From assembly GCF_963921235.1 (NCBI RefSeq), contig NC_086101.1:90148001-90212000 (forward strand): a stretch of 64,000 bases of DNA, read 5' to 3'. Within the stretch, counting starts at the first letter, position 1. Each line of letters opens with the position of its first letter. Below are positions 1 to 12,770 of the stretch, in pieces. The translations under genes and the position numbers were made by a program. The notes beneath the pieces are model-generated. The model was not told the DNA's origin. It worked only from the letters and a program-made list of their open reading frames with translations, and did not search any database. The DNA comes from Mobula hypostoma. Taxonomy: Eukaryota.

Positions 1-10
1 ATAGAATTGT

Positions 11-343
11 TGGGCTGGCTGGTGGCACAACGACATCGGCGCCGGACCCAGGAGTGGAGGTTCCCGGGTTCAAAACTAGTCGGGTCTGCTCCCGGGTACG
101 CTTTCCATCCGTGCCAGGTTGAGTGTCGAGATCGCAACTCAACCTGGTAAAATAAAGGGAAAATATTGCGAAAATGTGTGTGTGAGGAGTGGCGTGTCGC
201 ACAGTCTCTCTCTCGCTCCGCGCCTTGTAAATCATGGATGCATGCACGGACGCCCGCACAGACACGTAGACTCACACGCACAGATGTGCAAGCACGCACA
301 CACACAGACTCGCACACACGCAGGCACACGCAAAAAAAAAGAA
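11..343 (+). mobile_element. Young tRNA-derived SINE with CA-rich tail and poly(A), inserted in a CR1
   Basis: A-box-like TGGCACAACG and B-box-like GGTTCAAAAC; imperfect (CA)n tail and A10; ATAGAATTGT repeated at 1-10 and 344-353 (TSD); many CpGs retained. Confidence 0.8.
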
Positions 344-353
344 ATAGAATTGT

Positions 354-1830
354 GATCACTATTTCCAAACGGCTATCCCACTGAGAAGCCTGACACTGAC
401 CAGGTTCATTTCCCAATACCAGATCAAGTACAACCTCTCCTCTTGTAACCTTCCTGAACAAACTTAACAAACTCCACCCCATCTAAATCCCTTGCACGAG
501 GGAGATGCTAATCAATATTGGGGAAATTAAAACCTCCCACCACGACAACCCTGTTATTATTGCATCTTTCCAGAATCTGTCTCCTTATCTGCTTCTCGAT
601 ATCCCTGTTACTATTGGGTGTTCCACAAAAACCACCCAGTTGAGTTATTGACCTCTTCCTGTTTCTAACTTCCACCCATAGAGACTCACTAGACAATCCC
701 TCCATGACTTCCTCCTTTTCTGCATCCATAACACTATCTCTGATCAGCAGTACCATACCCCCCCACCTCTTTCGCCTCCTTCCCCTGTCCTTTCTGAAAC
801 ATCTAAAGTCTGGCACTCTAAGTAACCATTCCTGCCCCTGAGCCATCCAAGTCTCTGTAATGGCTACAACATCATAGCACCAGGTACTGATCTATGCTCT
901 AAGCTCATCGACTTTGTTCATAATACTTATTGTATTAAAATAGATACATTTCAAACCATCAGTCTGAGCGTATCCTTTCTCTATCACCTGCCTATCCTCC
1001 CTCTCACACTGTCTACAAGCTTTTTCCATTTGTGAGCCAAACGCCTGTTCATCTGCCTCTTCAGTTTAGTTCCCACCCACCAGTAATTCTAGTTTAAACT
1101 CACCCCAATAACCTTAGCAAACCTCCCTGCCAGGATATTGGTCCTCTTTGGATTCAAGTGCAACCCGTCCTTTTTGTACAGGTCACTCCTGCCCCAAAAG
1201 AGGTCCCAATGATCCAGAAATCTGAATCCCTGCCCCCTGCTCCAATCCCTCAGCCACGCATTTATCCTCCATCTCACTCTATTCCTATACTCACTGTCGC
1301 GTGCCACAGGCAATAATCCCGAGATTACTACTTTTGAGGTCCTGCTTCTCAACTTCCTTTAGGACCTCCTCCCTTTTCTTACCTATGTTGTTGGTACCAA
1401 TAAGTATCACAACCTCTGGCTGTTCACCTTCCCACATCGTGGATGCATTCAGAAACGTCCCAGACCCTGGCAGCTGGGAAGCAAACTACTATCCATGTTT
1501 CTTTCCTGCATCCACAGAATTGCCTGCCTGACCCCGTAACAATAAAGTCCTTTCCCTACCCTTCTGAGCCGTAGGGCCAGACTCTGTGCCAGAGGTGCCA
1601 CCACTGTTGCTTCCCCAAGGTATGTTGCCCCCCCACCCCCACCAACAGTAGTCAAACAGGTGTACTTATTGTTAAGGAGGACAGCCATTGGTGTACTCTC
1701 TAGTATCTGACTCTTGCCCTTCCCCCTCCTGCCTGTTACCCACTTACCTGTATCCCGAGGTTCCAGTGTGGCTACTTGCCTATAGCTCCTCTCTATCACC
1801 TCCTCACTTTCCTTGACCAGACAACGGTCA
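354..1830 (-). mobile_element. CR1 LINE fragment (ORF1 SGNH esterase and ORF2 APE endonuclease start)
   Basis: ORF 508-846 (SESLWVEVRN, GGFNFPNID) and ORF 1089-1352 (LDHWDLFWGR..DGLHLN); closely matches the + strand CR1 at about 13370-14880. Confidence 0.9.
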
Positions 1831-2234
1831 TACAGCCATAACCAAAGCTTTTATAGGTTAAATGTGATTTTGCAGTTTCTGTACCATGTGCTCTAATAAA
1901 CGTATAAAGAAAAGTCTGAATTTCACATACTTTATTAAGAGTTTTGCTAACCATAATCAAATGTTGGTGCATAAATCTCTCCTTTGCAGTAATTCTAAAA
2001 ATACACCATGTAATACATGTTGTCTCTACATTTTCTTCCAATCATATGTATCCCCTCCACATTTTCTGTGCTGAATTTCACATGGGTTGATGAACAAAGT
2101 ACTTTGCAAATCTGGTGCTGGTGTAGGAGAGTATCTTTAAGAAGAATATTTATCACAGAATAAATGCATGCAGGAGAGGATCAGTAATAAACTTGCCTAT
2201 CAAGCTTATCAAGATTTTGTGTCCAATCCTTTTA

Positions 2235-3028
2235 GTCATAAAGTTATAGAGTACTACAGCACGGAAGCAGGTCCTTCACCCTTATCTAGTCCGTTTTAAA
2301 CTAATCTTCCTCCTAATCCCATCAAACTGGTCCATAACCCACAATTCTGCACAAAACTTATCCAAATCTCTCTGAAATGTTGAAATCAAACTGGCATCCA
2401 TTACTTCAACTGACAACTTGTTCCACATTTTCACCACTCTGAGTGAAAAGTTCCCCTTATATAGCCATAAGACATAGGAGCAAATTTAGGCCATTCAGCC
2501 ATTGAGTTTGCTCCACCATTCCATCATGACTGATTCATTATCCCTCTCAACCCCATTCTCCCGTCTTCTCTCCATAACCTTTGATGTCCTGTCTAACCAA
2601 AACATATCAACTTCTGTCTTAAATATACTCAATGACTTGGCCTGCACAGCCATCTGTGACAATGAATTTCACAGATTCACTACCCTCTGGCTAAAGAAAT
2701 TCCTCCTCATCTTTTTTCTAAATGGACATCCCTCTATTCTGGCCCAGTCCCCTCTAGTCATAGACTCACCCACTTTCGGAAGCATCATCTCTGCATCCAC
2801 TCCATCTGGGCCCTTTAGTAGTGGATAGGTTTCAATGAGATCCCCCCTCATTCTTCTAAATTCCAGTGAGTACAGGCTCAGAGCCATTAAAACTACTCAA
2901 ATGTTAAACCTTTCATTCTGGAATCATTCTAGTGAACCTCCTCTGGACCCTCTCCAATATCAGCACATCTTTTCTTAGATAAGGAGACCAAAACTGCTCA
3001 CAGTACTTCAAGTGCCATCTGACTCAAA
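2235..3028 (-). mobile_element. Two CR1-type LINE 3' end fragments; the second resumes after 3849
   Basis: ORF 2669-2887 LYSLEFRRMRGDLIETY...RRNFFSQRVVNL is the CR1 ORF2 C-terminus; same family as 12321-12770. Confidence 0.8.
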
Positions 3029-3849
3029 GGGCAGAGCAAAGTCATGATGGCGTTAAATAGCAACTCCATTGCCTGCATCTTCAGAAGCAGCTCAATTTCT
3101 ATCTTTGGTATCTCTTTTTCACCTTTTCAAGGTTCTTTTGAAGACCCTGACCTGGAGTTACACTCTGACTTCGTTCCTTTGCAGGAATGGGCCCCACACT
3201 CAGGGTCTTTTTGATATTCCAGGAATGCAGCCTAGAAGTCTAGCATGCCTTCAGGATGCTGAATTTTTGTGCTTGGGAGACGGTCTGATTCAGGGCTGGT
3301 GCCCCTGACTGAGGGGTCATGTGAGAACACGGAACATCGGGAGCAGTGAGTTAGCTGCTGGCGGTGTGTCCAGAGACCTGAGCCTTTCCAGGGCCGTTTC
3401 TCTCGGCGCAGAACTCAGAAAAAACAATGCAACAGACTTTTAACATCATAAATCAGTGAGTTGTTTGCTATGTCTCCCCTTTTGCTGTGAAACGGGGACA
3501 CCTCTTTTTCCCTTATTAGGGAGAGAAAGAGCCAAGTTACCGGGTGACTGAGTAGTCTTTGGTGTACCGCAAGTCTGTGTCTTTACTGGTGCTTTGCTGC
3601 AGGCTTGAATGGTCAGTGGGGGGGTGGAAGCATCGATTCTCTTTTGCTGGTGGGGGTGGGGGTGGGGTGGGAGTTGTGGCCTTGCTGCTGCTTATGTGTG
3701 GGAGGGGGATCTGGGGGGTGGCTTTGGGGTTCTAACTTTTAACTGTCATTCATTCTTTGGGGTACTCCCCTGTTTTCATGGATGTTTGTGAAGAAGAATT
3801 TCAGGATATATATTGAGTACATTTCTCTGACACTAAATGTACCTATTGA
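3029..3849 (+). mobile_element. ~820-bp non-autonomous retroposon, copy 1
   Basis: Colinear with 22421-23243 (+) and 48812-49638 (-); interrupts a CR1 fragment; ends in CTCTGACACTAAATGTACC tail. Confidence 0.8.
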
Positions 3850-4165
3850 CCAAAGCCTAATAAAGCCATGGCAATAGATTTACGTTCCTTTTAAACATTT
3901 TACCTTTCAGCCCTAACTCACGACTTCTAGCTGTAGTCTCACCCAACCTCAGAAAAAGTCTGCTTGTCTTTACTCTATCTATACCCCTTATAATTTTGTA
4001 CACCTTTTCTTTCCCTGTCAGGTGACTTTACCTTCATTAAACACACTCCTTCTACGTATGTGTTCCCTATATTTAAAGCATTTCAAAAATGAGCATATAA
4101 TGTATGCCTTACAGGAACTACATTTCAAAAGCTTAGTGTAATTTTCTTGATAATTATAGTGCATT

Positions 4166-5960
4166 GTTCAAAGTTCAAAATTAATTTGTTATTAAAGCAC
4201 ATATATTTCACCATATAAAACCTTGAATTCTTGCAGGCATACTCAATAAATCCATAATAGAATAATAACCACAATATAATAGGTTCCATAAAAGATTGCA
4301 CCAAATTGAGTGTTCAACCAGTGTGCAAAAGACAACAACCTGTACAAATACAAGAAAGAAATCATAATAAATATCATGACCATGAGATGAAGAGTCCTTC
4401 AAAGAGAGTCAATTGGTTGTGGGAACATTTCAATGATGGGGCAACTGAAGTTGAGTGACGTTATCCCTTTTGGTTCAACAGCTTGACGGTTGAGGGGTTA
4501 ACTGTCCTGAAACAGGTTGTGTGAGTCCTAAGGCTCCTATACCTTGGTCCTGATGGCAGCAGTGAGCAGAGAGCATGGGCGGGGTGGGGGGTGGGGTGTG
4601 GAGTGCTGTCCCTTATGATGGATGTTGCTTTCTTGGGATAGAGTTTCAGGTAGATGTGCTCAATGGTGGGGAGGGCTTTATCATTGATGAAATGGGCCAT
4701 ATCCACTATTTTTTGTAGGAATTCCTGTTCAAGTGTGCTGGTGTTTCCATCCCAGGCTATGATGCAGCCGGTCGATATGCTCTCCACTACACATTAATAG
4801 ATGTTTGTTAAAGTTTTAGATGTCATGCTGAATCTTTGCAAACTCCTACGGAGGTAGAGGCACTGCCTTGCTTTCTTCATAATTGAATTTATGTGCTGAG
4901 CCCAGAACAGGTCTTCTAAAGTAATAACACTGGGCAGTTTGAATTTGCTGACTCTCTCCATCTCTGATCCTCTGATGAGCACTGGCTCATGGACCTCTGC
5001 TTTCCTCTTCCTGCGGTCAATAATCAGCCCCTTGGTCTTGCTGTCATTGAGTGACAGATTGTTGCTAGGGCACCACTCAGCCAGATTTTCAATGTCTCTC
5101 CTATGTGCTGATTCATCACCACCTTTGATTCGGCCTTCGGAAGTAGTGTCGTCAGCAAACTTCAATACGGCATTGCAGCTGTGCTTAGCCACGCAGTCAT
5201 AGGTGTAAAGCCATTAGAGCAGGGGGCTAAACTTGCAACCTTGAGGTGCCCTGCGTTGATGGAGAGCATGTTGTTGCCAACCTGAACTAACTGCGGTCTG
5301 CAAGTGAGGAAATCGAGGATCCAACTGCACAAGGAGGTATTGACGCCATGGTCTTGAAGCTTATTGATTAGTTTTGAAGGAATGATGGTACTGAATGTGA
5401 ACTGTAGTCAATAAAGAACATCCTGATGTATACATCTTTGCTGTCCAGACATTCCAGGGTTGAGTAAAGAGCTAACAAGATGGCATCTGCTGTGGACCTA
5501 CTGCTCTGGTAGGGGAAATGGAGTGGATCCAAGTCACCTCTCAGGCATGAATTGATATGTTTAATCTCCAACCTCTGAAAACAGTTCGTCACTGTGAATG
5601 TACGCGCTCCTGGATGATAGTTATTGAGGCAGTTTACCACGTTCTTCTTAGGCATGGGTATAATTGAAGCTTGCTTGAAGCGGCTGGGTACCTCAAACAG
5701 CCAAAGCAAAGAGGTTAAAGAATTCAGTGAACACACCAGCCACTTGTTCGGCACAGGTTCTCAGTACTTGGCCAGGTACCCTATCTGAGCTGAATGCTTT
5801 TCATGGATTCACCCTCCCAAAGGCTGCTTGAATGTCAGCCTCAGAGACTGAAATCACAGGATCATTGGAGACGTGGTAGTTATGATGGTTCCTTCATGTT
5901 TTGATGGTCAAAGTGAGCATAGAAGGCATTGAGCTCATCTGGAAGTGAAGCCCTCTTGAT
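4166..5960 (-). mobile_element. Rex1/Babar-type LINE, 5'-truncated and degenerate
   Basis: RT motifs [23 protein letters not shown]; C-terminal LLPSGPRYRSL; (ACTTTGA)-type tail near 4166. Confidence 0.85.
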
Positions 5961-6110
5961 TCTTGATATGACATTGAAGGCCTAGCAATGGTCTAATAGC
6001 TCTTGATAAAATCTAAGGTTGTGTTATTACTTAAAGATTTACATTTTGAATCATTATGAAGCATACTTTTACCATGTATTATCATTACAACATGCCAAAA
6101 AACTGGTATT

Positions 6111-6385
6111 TGGGTGCCTGCCACAATAATGTCGCGGTTAGCGTGACGTCATTACAGTTGGAGTTTGAAGTTCAATCCCAGCACCCTCAGTAAGGATTTC
6201 GTATGTCTTCCCAGTGGAATGTGTTTGTTTCCTCCTGGTGCTCTGGTTTCCTCCCACAGTACAAAGAAGTGCAGGTTTGTAGGTTAATTGTTTGTTGTAA
6301 ATTTCCCTGTGATTAGTCTAGGGTTAATTGGCGGGTTCAAAGGACCAGAAGGACCTACTCTGCACTGTATCTCTAAAAAAATAAA
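6111..6385 (+). mobile_element. V-SINE-type tRNA SINE
   Basis: GTTCAATCCC B box and core GGTGCTCTGGTTTCCTCCCACA...GGTTAATTG; similar copies at 46120 and 51188. Confidence 0.75.
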
Positions 6386-6719
6386 CAAATTGTGTGCATT
6401 GTTCAGGAAAATAGCAGCAAATAAAAATGATGGCATATTTTTAACTAGCGCCAGTTGAAAGTTATTGCAGCATGCTGAATAGTTGTGATTTTCTAAGTAG
6501 ATGTTTAATATGTCACCTGAAGTCTCATTGTTGCAAGTGTATTGGCCTTTGGCGGCTGAGAGAGAGGAAGCAGTGTTATACAAATTTAGATAGATGGTGT
6601 GCAATGACGTCTTATAGAGAAAAAATACAACAGTTTAGCACCCTCCAGTGGAGAGACATAATATTCAAACAAAAACTTCAACTGTCCAGAAATTCTCTGA
6701 TACCAGAAAGATCCATTAA

Positions 6720-7330
6720 ACATAGGATACAGGACATAGAACAGTACCACACAGGAACAGGCCCTACAGTCCATGACGTTGTGCTGTAATAATGAAATTA
6801 GTAATTAAATGCCTAACTAAACTAATTCTTTCTACCTGCACAATGTCTACCTCCTTCCGTTCTCTGCACATTCATTTGTCTGTTTAAGCACCTCTTAAAA
6901 ACCTCATTGCACTTACCTTCACTGCCACCCCTGGAGGCACCCTAACCCTAACCCTACTCCACACATTTTCCCTTTCAGCTAAAATGCAAACCATCTAGTA
7001 TTAGTCATTTTGACCCTGGGAAAAAGGATATCCGCCGTCTATTCTACCAATGCCTCTTATAAGTTTCCATTAAGCATCCTCTTAGCCTCTAGACCTCAGA
7101 GAACATAACCCAAGATTACCCAACATCTCCTTACAGCACGTGCCCTCAAATTCGGGCAGCATCCTGGTAAACCCAGAATTACTACCTTTCGGGTCCTGCT
7201 TTTCCACCTCTTCCCTAATTGACTGCACTGGCTCTCTTCCACCTTTTTACCTACGTCATTGGTGCCAATGTGCAACATAGCCTCTGGTTGCTCAGTGCTC
7301 CCCTTGAGAATGTTTTCAACGTGCAGCATG
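6720..7330 (-). mobile_element. CR1 fragments (3' end and ORF1 esterase piece)
   Basis: CATAGAAC tail motif; ORF 7096-7329 MLHIGTNDVG..VVILGL. Confidence 0.7.
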
Positions 7331-7529
7331 TGGTAGAATAATGAACCTTTTTATTGTGACTGCATGTTGCAGCAAAATTCTGTTGTACCCAAGGCCCAGT
7401 TTTCGTGAAAATCACACTGTTACAAAAATTAGCAAAAGGGTAATTGTGTCCACTGCCTGGATATCTTTGGAGGAGTGGTATTGGGTTTTAGAACACCAGT
7501 CATGATTCACAGTCAACATATATATTAAA

Positions 7530-8700
7530 TCAGAAAAATAGGGCAGGTTTGTGTTGTTCTAGCCTGCTGTGTTATTCAACTTCATCAGGGCTGATTATCT
7601 AAGTTCGGAACTTTTCTCATTATCTTCCTTCATCCCTTGTTTCCTCTAGCCCTAATGTAATATCTAAATCCATCTTGGCACTACATCTAATTACTTGGCT
7701 TCAAATGTGTTCTGTGGGACAGGATTCCATCGGCTGACCACTTCATGAGAAAAGATAATTCTTGTCAACACAATTTAAAGTAGTTTATCCCTTATCCTTT
7801 AACCCTTGTCCTAAATCTTCCCCACTTGCTGCGTTGAGTTTGTCAAGTCCTGTTAGAATTCCAGGTCTTTCAATGGTCCTCTCTCACATGGGTGAATAGA
7901 AGTGAATTAACCCACTTTCTCTTCATTCATCTGTTCAACAATCAACCAGATGACCTCTTTGGTGCACTCCGTCCATAGCAAGAAGTCCATCTTCATAGTA
8001 GGGTACCAATATGGCACACAGTACTGTTCTCATCAAGGTCTAGTACAATTATAATGACACATTGCTGCTCCTATACTTGAATCATCTGCGATGAAGACTA
8101 GCATACAATTTGGCTTCTTAATCGTCTGCTCCACCTGCATGTGCAATGGTTGTTGCACTGTTGCTGAAACCAGGTCCTGCTGCTTCTCCATCTTTCCGAG
8201 TCTACTGTCATTCAGATAATAACAATCTCCTTCTGGTTATGTGGAAAACCTCACATTCATGTTGAATCTGATCCAATCAGCCTGGAGCTCATCGGCATCG
8301 TCCCTCAGTCACACCCACCCATTCAGATTTATGTTATTGCTGGATGTGGAGATTTTTTTTTGTAATTCCCTCATCCAAATAATTAATGTGGTTTCCCACT
8401 TGTCATTGGCAGCTATTTTGAAAAAGATTATTTATCCCTACTCTTGCTAACTGTCCTCATCCAGTTCCCTATTAAAAACCAGCGCCTTCCGCTAATCTTT
8501 AATTTTGCATGCTAATTTATTTTGTAATGATATTAACAGCTCTCAGAAGGTCCAAATTCATGGTTCTCCTTCATAAGTTCAATGATTTTGGCAATCATGA
8601 CTTTCACTATTCCTTGACTTTGTTCAATCCTGTTACTCCAACTGGTACTCTTTAATGGATTCTAAAATTTTCTCCACCACTTATAGGACAGGCCCCATAA
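7530..8700 (-). mobile_element. Highly degenerate CR1 RT remnant
   Basis: Patchy nucleotide similarity to the other minus-strand CR1 3' regions in the window. Confidence 0.45.
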
Positions 8701-8756
8701 TTTCCTGTTTTCTATGTCACTTTGAAATATTGTGGTTACATTAGGTATCCTCCTTC

Positions 8757-9775
8757 CTGACCAACAGACTGCAATCCAGCAAGCATAGGCAGCAGCAGTA
8801 ACTCTACCAGTGCTTATTCTAACCACTGGAACTTCAGCCTCCTATTTTCCTCCTGAATGCATAGCCAGATTCTGCTCTAACGCCATCAACAAGTTTGCAG
8901 AAGATACCATGGTGGTATGTTATATCTCAAATATCGATGAGTCAGAGTACAGGAAGGAGATAGAGAGCTTAACACCATGGTGTCATGACATCAGCCTTTC
9001 CTTCAATGTCAGCAAATAAAAAGCTGGGTAATTACTTCAAGCAAGGGAGTGGTGCACTTGCTTCTGTCTACATCAACAGTATTGTGGTCAAGAAGGTTGA
9101 GAGATTCAAGTCACCTGGAGTGAACATCACCAACAACCTGTCCTGATCCAACCACATGGATGCCATGGTCTAGGGAACTCACTAACACTTTTACCTCCTG
9201 AGGAGACTAAAGAAATTTGTCATTTCCTAGTCAACCCATACCAAATTCAATCGATACACCATAGGAAATATCCAATCTAGATAGCTTGGTGTGGTAACTG
9301 CTCTACACACAAACCACAAGGAACCACAGAGAGTTGTGGACAGCTCGGCACATCACTGAAACCAGCCTCCCCTACATGGACTCTGTCTATAGTTCTTGTC
9401 GCCTCAGTAAATTGGCCAGAATAATCAAATATCCCACCCAACCCTAACATTCACTCTTCTCCCCTCTTCCATCAGAGCACCAAGCTCGAGGACAGTTTCT
9501 ATCCCACTGTAATACAACCATTGAATGGTTCCCTAGTGTTGTAACATGGACTTTTGATCTCACCATCCACCTCGTTATGACCTTGCACTTTATTGTTTAC
9601 CTCCATTTCAGTTTCTCTGCAGCTGTTATACTTTCTTCAGCATTGTGCTATTGTTTTACCTTGTTCTACCTCAATGCACACTGTAATAAATTGATCTGTG
9701 TGAACAGCAAACAAGACAAACTTCTTCACTGCGTTGCAGTACATGTGACAGTGCTAAACCAATCCAATTCTGATT
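8757..9775 (+). mobile_element. Rex1-type LINE 3' fragment
   Basis: ORF 8810-9019 INKFAEDT..DESEYRKEIESL; 3' UTR matches 30270-30640. Confidence 0.8.
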
Positions 9776-9904
9776 CCGAGAGCAATGATTGCATTCAACT
9801 TGACACAATACAAATCTATAAATGAAGCTGTGCCACATTCTCTACAAGAAGAATCATTCTCATCAATTCTGTCTGTGACTGTCTGTTTTATCCTGATGTT
9901 CCAG

Positions 9905-10042
9905 TTCGGTGCTACCCAGTCACAGCAACATGGCTGGAGGAGAATCTCAGTTCAGTTCAGGAGACCACAGATGATCTTGGAAAATAACCTTGAGCAGATC
10001 AGCTCCAATTGGACCCAGGAACAGTTGCCGTTCCCCCAGCAT
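9905..10042 (+). CDS. Candidate internal host exon (138 nt, phase 0/0), product unknown
   Basis: Pyrimidine tract ending TTCCAG; single open frame FGATQSQQHGWRR...LPFPQH; CAT|GTAAGG donor; no TE similarity seen. Confidence 0.3.
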
Positions 10043-10233
10043 GTAAGGAGGCTGTTGCTTTTCAACCGGCAGGGAATCTCAACAATCAAGTTCAAGTTCA
10101 TTGTTCTCTGACTGTACAAACAAAACAACCGGACCACAGTGCACCTACACAACGTATATCACACAAGGCACATAAAGCAAACTATTAATAGAAATATGTT
10201 ACTATAATATGATTCAAAATGCATGTGAAGTAT

Positions 10234-10650
10234 GGCCTCTGACGGTCAGAGTTGACCATGGATATTGTGTCCTAGCTAGCTAAATATGTAAAGCTGGGCA
10301 GTACGATATGGAGAGCGAGTTGTGGTCTATGCAGCAAGTTCCCCCTCTCCACGCAACTGAAGAACCCAAAGTAACGGCGGAGACCTATATAGTTTGGGAT
10401 GAACAGCATCGCAGGAGTTGGCAGTCAACATTGAACTCAACATAGGACAGCTTTAGGGACTCCAACTCTGGATTTTTCCCTTGGGGTTTACTCCCGTAGC
10501 TTTCCCCATGAGTGGACATAGCCACAAGGCAGCAGAGGTTTGAAACTGGAGTTTTCCTTCTCCGAGACGAGCTGCCCAACATGGCTGACAAGCCCATCTG
10601 CCCGAAGCGACCAGTTTTAAGGCACTGGTAAACCTCCTTTTTCCCTACTG
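10234..10650 (-). mobile_element. 5'-truncated copy of the retroposon at 44093-44610
   Basis: Reverse complement shares AAAACTC..TCAAACCTC, GGGAGTAAACCCC and CTGCCCAG blocks with 44270-44600. Confidence 0.7.
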
Positions 10651-12320
10651 TGAAGTACGCAGCACAAATAAACAGTAACAGTTCATAAACAGCTCGCTGT
10701 CCTAGTGAAAAGACCTTGGTGGTGTTAAGGTATTCATTAGTCTCACAGCCAGAGAGAAGGAGCTGTTCCCCAGTCTGGTAGTCCTAGACCTTGTGCTCTT
10801 TTACCCCCTCCTTTCTGATGGTAGTGGGTCAAAGAGATTGTGGGATAGGTGGTAACAATCCTCAACAGTGCTTTGGGTCCTTCATCTGCAACGCTCCCAG
10901 TAAATGTCACAAATAGTGGGAGGGAGACCTCTGACCTCTGCAGTAATTGGCTGGGCAGTTTTTAATAATCCATTGGAGAAGTGACTGCTGGACAATGTAG
11001 ACTTCTTAAATTGATAATTCTGATGGCATTTGGCCAAGCCTGCAAGAAAGCAAACTGACCCTGTATGAAATTAGCCTGAGCTTCTTACATTACAACTGTA
11101 ATAAAAGATGTGGAGATGTGACAGAACAGGTCGTCAAATACTAATTCTCCCGCTAACATTCCCCTTTGCCCGGTTAGTCATTCCTCCTCATTCTGACCCT
11201 GGTCTAGTTTCCCTCGTAGTTCACATACTTGGAACCTTTTGGAAGTTCACCATTTACACACCCCAACAGAAAAACTATCACTGGCTTGTCTAATCAAAAC
11301 AATCCCATCAGTTAACGCGCTCTACTGGTTTATAACTCATAAAAATAAGGATTCTAGACACAGGAATTCCAAACAGTTTCATTTATTTTCACTCACACCA
11401 TTACATCAGTTTGTAGACAGCAGAACGGTCCCAAAAGACCCGAGGGACAGTTTGAGGCATCCAAAAATAATGCCTGGGTTAGTGGGAGCAGGCGCATGAC
11501 AGGCAACACCACTGGGGGAGGCATTATTCTTTTATATTTTTACCTCAGCATAAAATCTGTGGGTTTAACTAAGGCATTTATTGTGGGATAAAACTGTAGA
11601 CTGTTAAAATCCCTGTATAAAATGTTCCAATTCTGCATCTGAAAAATTATTATGGTCTGGTCACATGACAGCCCTCCACACACCCCCAGACCAACAGCAG
11701 AATTTCCTGTTTCTTCTCGGCCAGGCGGAAGCTGATTTAAACGCTCAGTCTGGCTTTACTAGAGAGGTGTAGAAGTTGGATTTGAAGGCTGGTGAATAGT
11801 GGTTGATCTATATTGAAAAGTTAAAGGCAAAGTGTGATATGGAGAAAGCCTCTTTATAATTGTAAAATTTTGTGCATTTTTTTTTCATTTGTCTATTTTT
11901 AAGTATTTTTTCTTCTCAACTTTTAGGTAGCTTTTGCACTTTTTTCCTCCAGGCACTAAATAAAACCCTTTTGCACTAACATGCTATTGTGGCTTACCAG
12001 CTGTGCTTTTTTTTCAACTGGTGGCCCTGGTTGGGCACACTTACCCACACATGACAGTGAGGTGTGATAGAAGGTGAGATGATCTGTAGCCATGGTAACC
12101 TCAGTGTAGTTAGAATGCTGCCTGACAAAGCAGTTCCCTCTTTTGCTGAAATGAACAGTCTGATATTGAACAGCAGAACATGCCTGAATCTTGTCTACAT
12201 AAAGGAGTCATGATAGTAGCCTAAGAACTAAGCCTAATCCAAACTGAACATCAGTACCGCTGATCTAATCCAAGAATCAACACAATTTCCTTACCCGGGA
12301 TTCATAAACCTTATTATGAG

Positions 12321-12770
12321 ACCATAATGCACAGGAGCAGAATTTGGCCTTCAGCCCATTGAATCTTCTCCATCATTTGATCATGGCTGATTTATTTTTC
12401 TTTTCAACCCCCTTCTTCTGCCTTCTCCCTGTAACCTTTCACACCCTTACTAATAAGGAACCTATCCACCTCTGCTTTAAGTAAACCCAGTGTCTTGGCT
12501 TTCACACCCATCTGTGGCAATGAATTCCACAGATTCACTTCCCTCTGGCTAAAGAAATTCCTCCTCATCTCCGTTCTAAAGGGATGTCCTTCTATTTCAA
12601 GACTGTTCTCTGGACATAGATTGTCCCACTATTAGAAACATCATTTCCACATTCACTCAATTTAGGCCCTTCAATATTTGGCAGATTTCAACGAGATTCT
12701 CCCCACCTCATTCTTCCACTCTTCTACATTCCAGTGACTATAGGCCCAGAACCATCAAGTGCTCCAGATA
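12321..12770 (-). mobile_element. CR1 3' fragment (outermost host of the nest; resumes 19833-19925)
   Basis: Matches 2466-2900; continuation TTAACCCTTTCATT at about 19835 and ORF 19683-19889 MERTQRRFTRMI. Confidence 0.8.

Noticed and set aside
11610-11830. Promoter-like cluster (TATAAA, GTCACATGAC, GGCGGAAG)
   Set aside because: No CpG island or downstream exon; may be an LTR remnant
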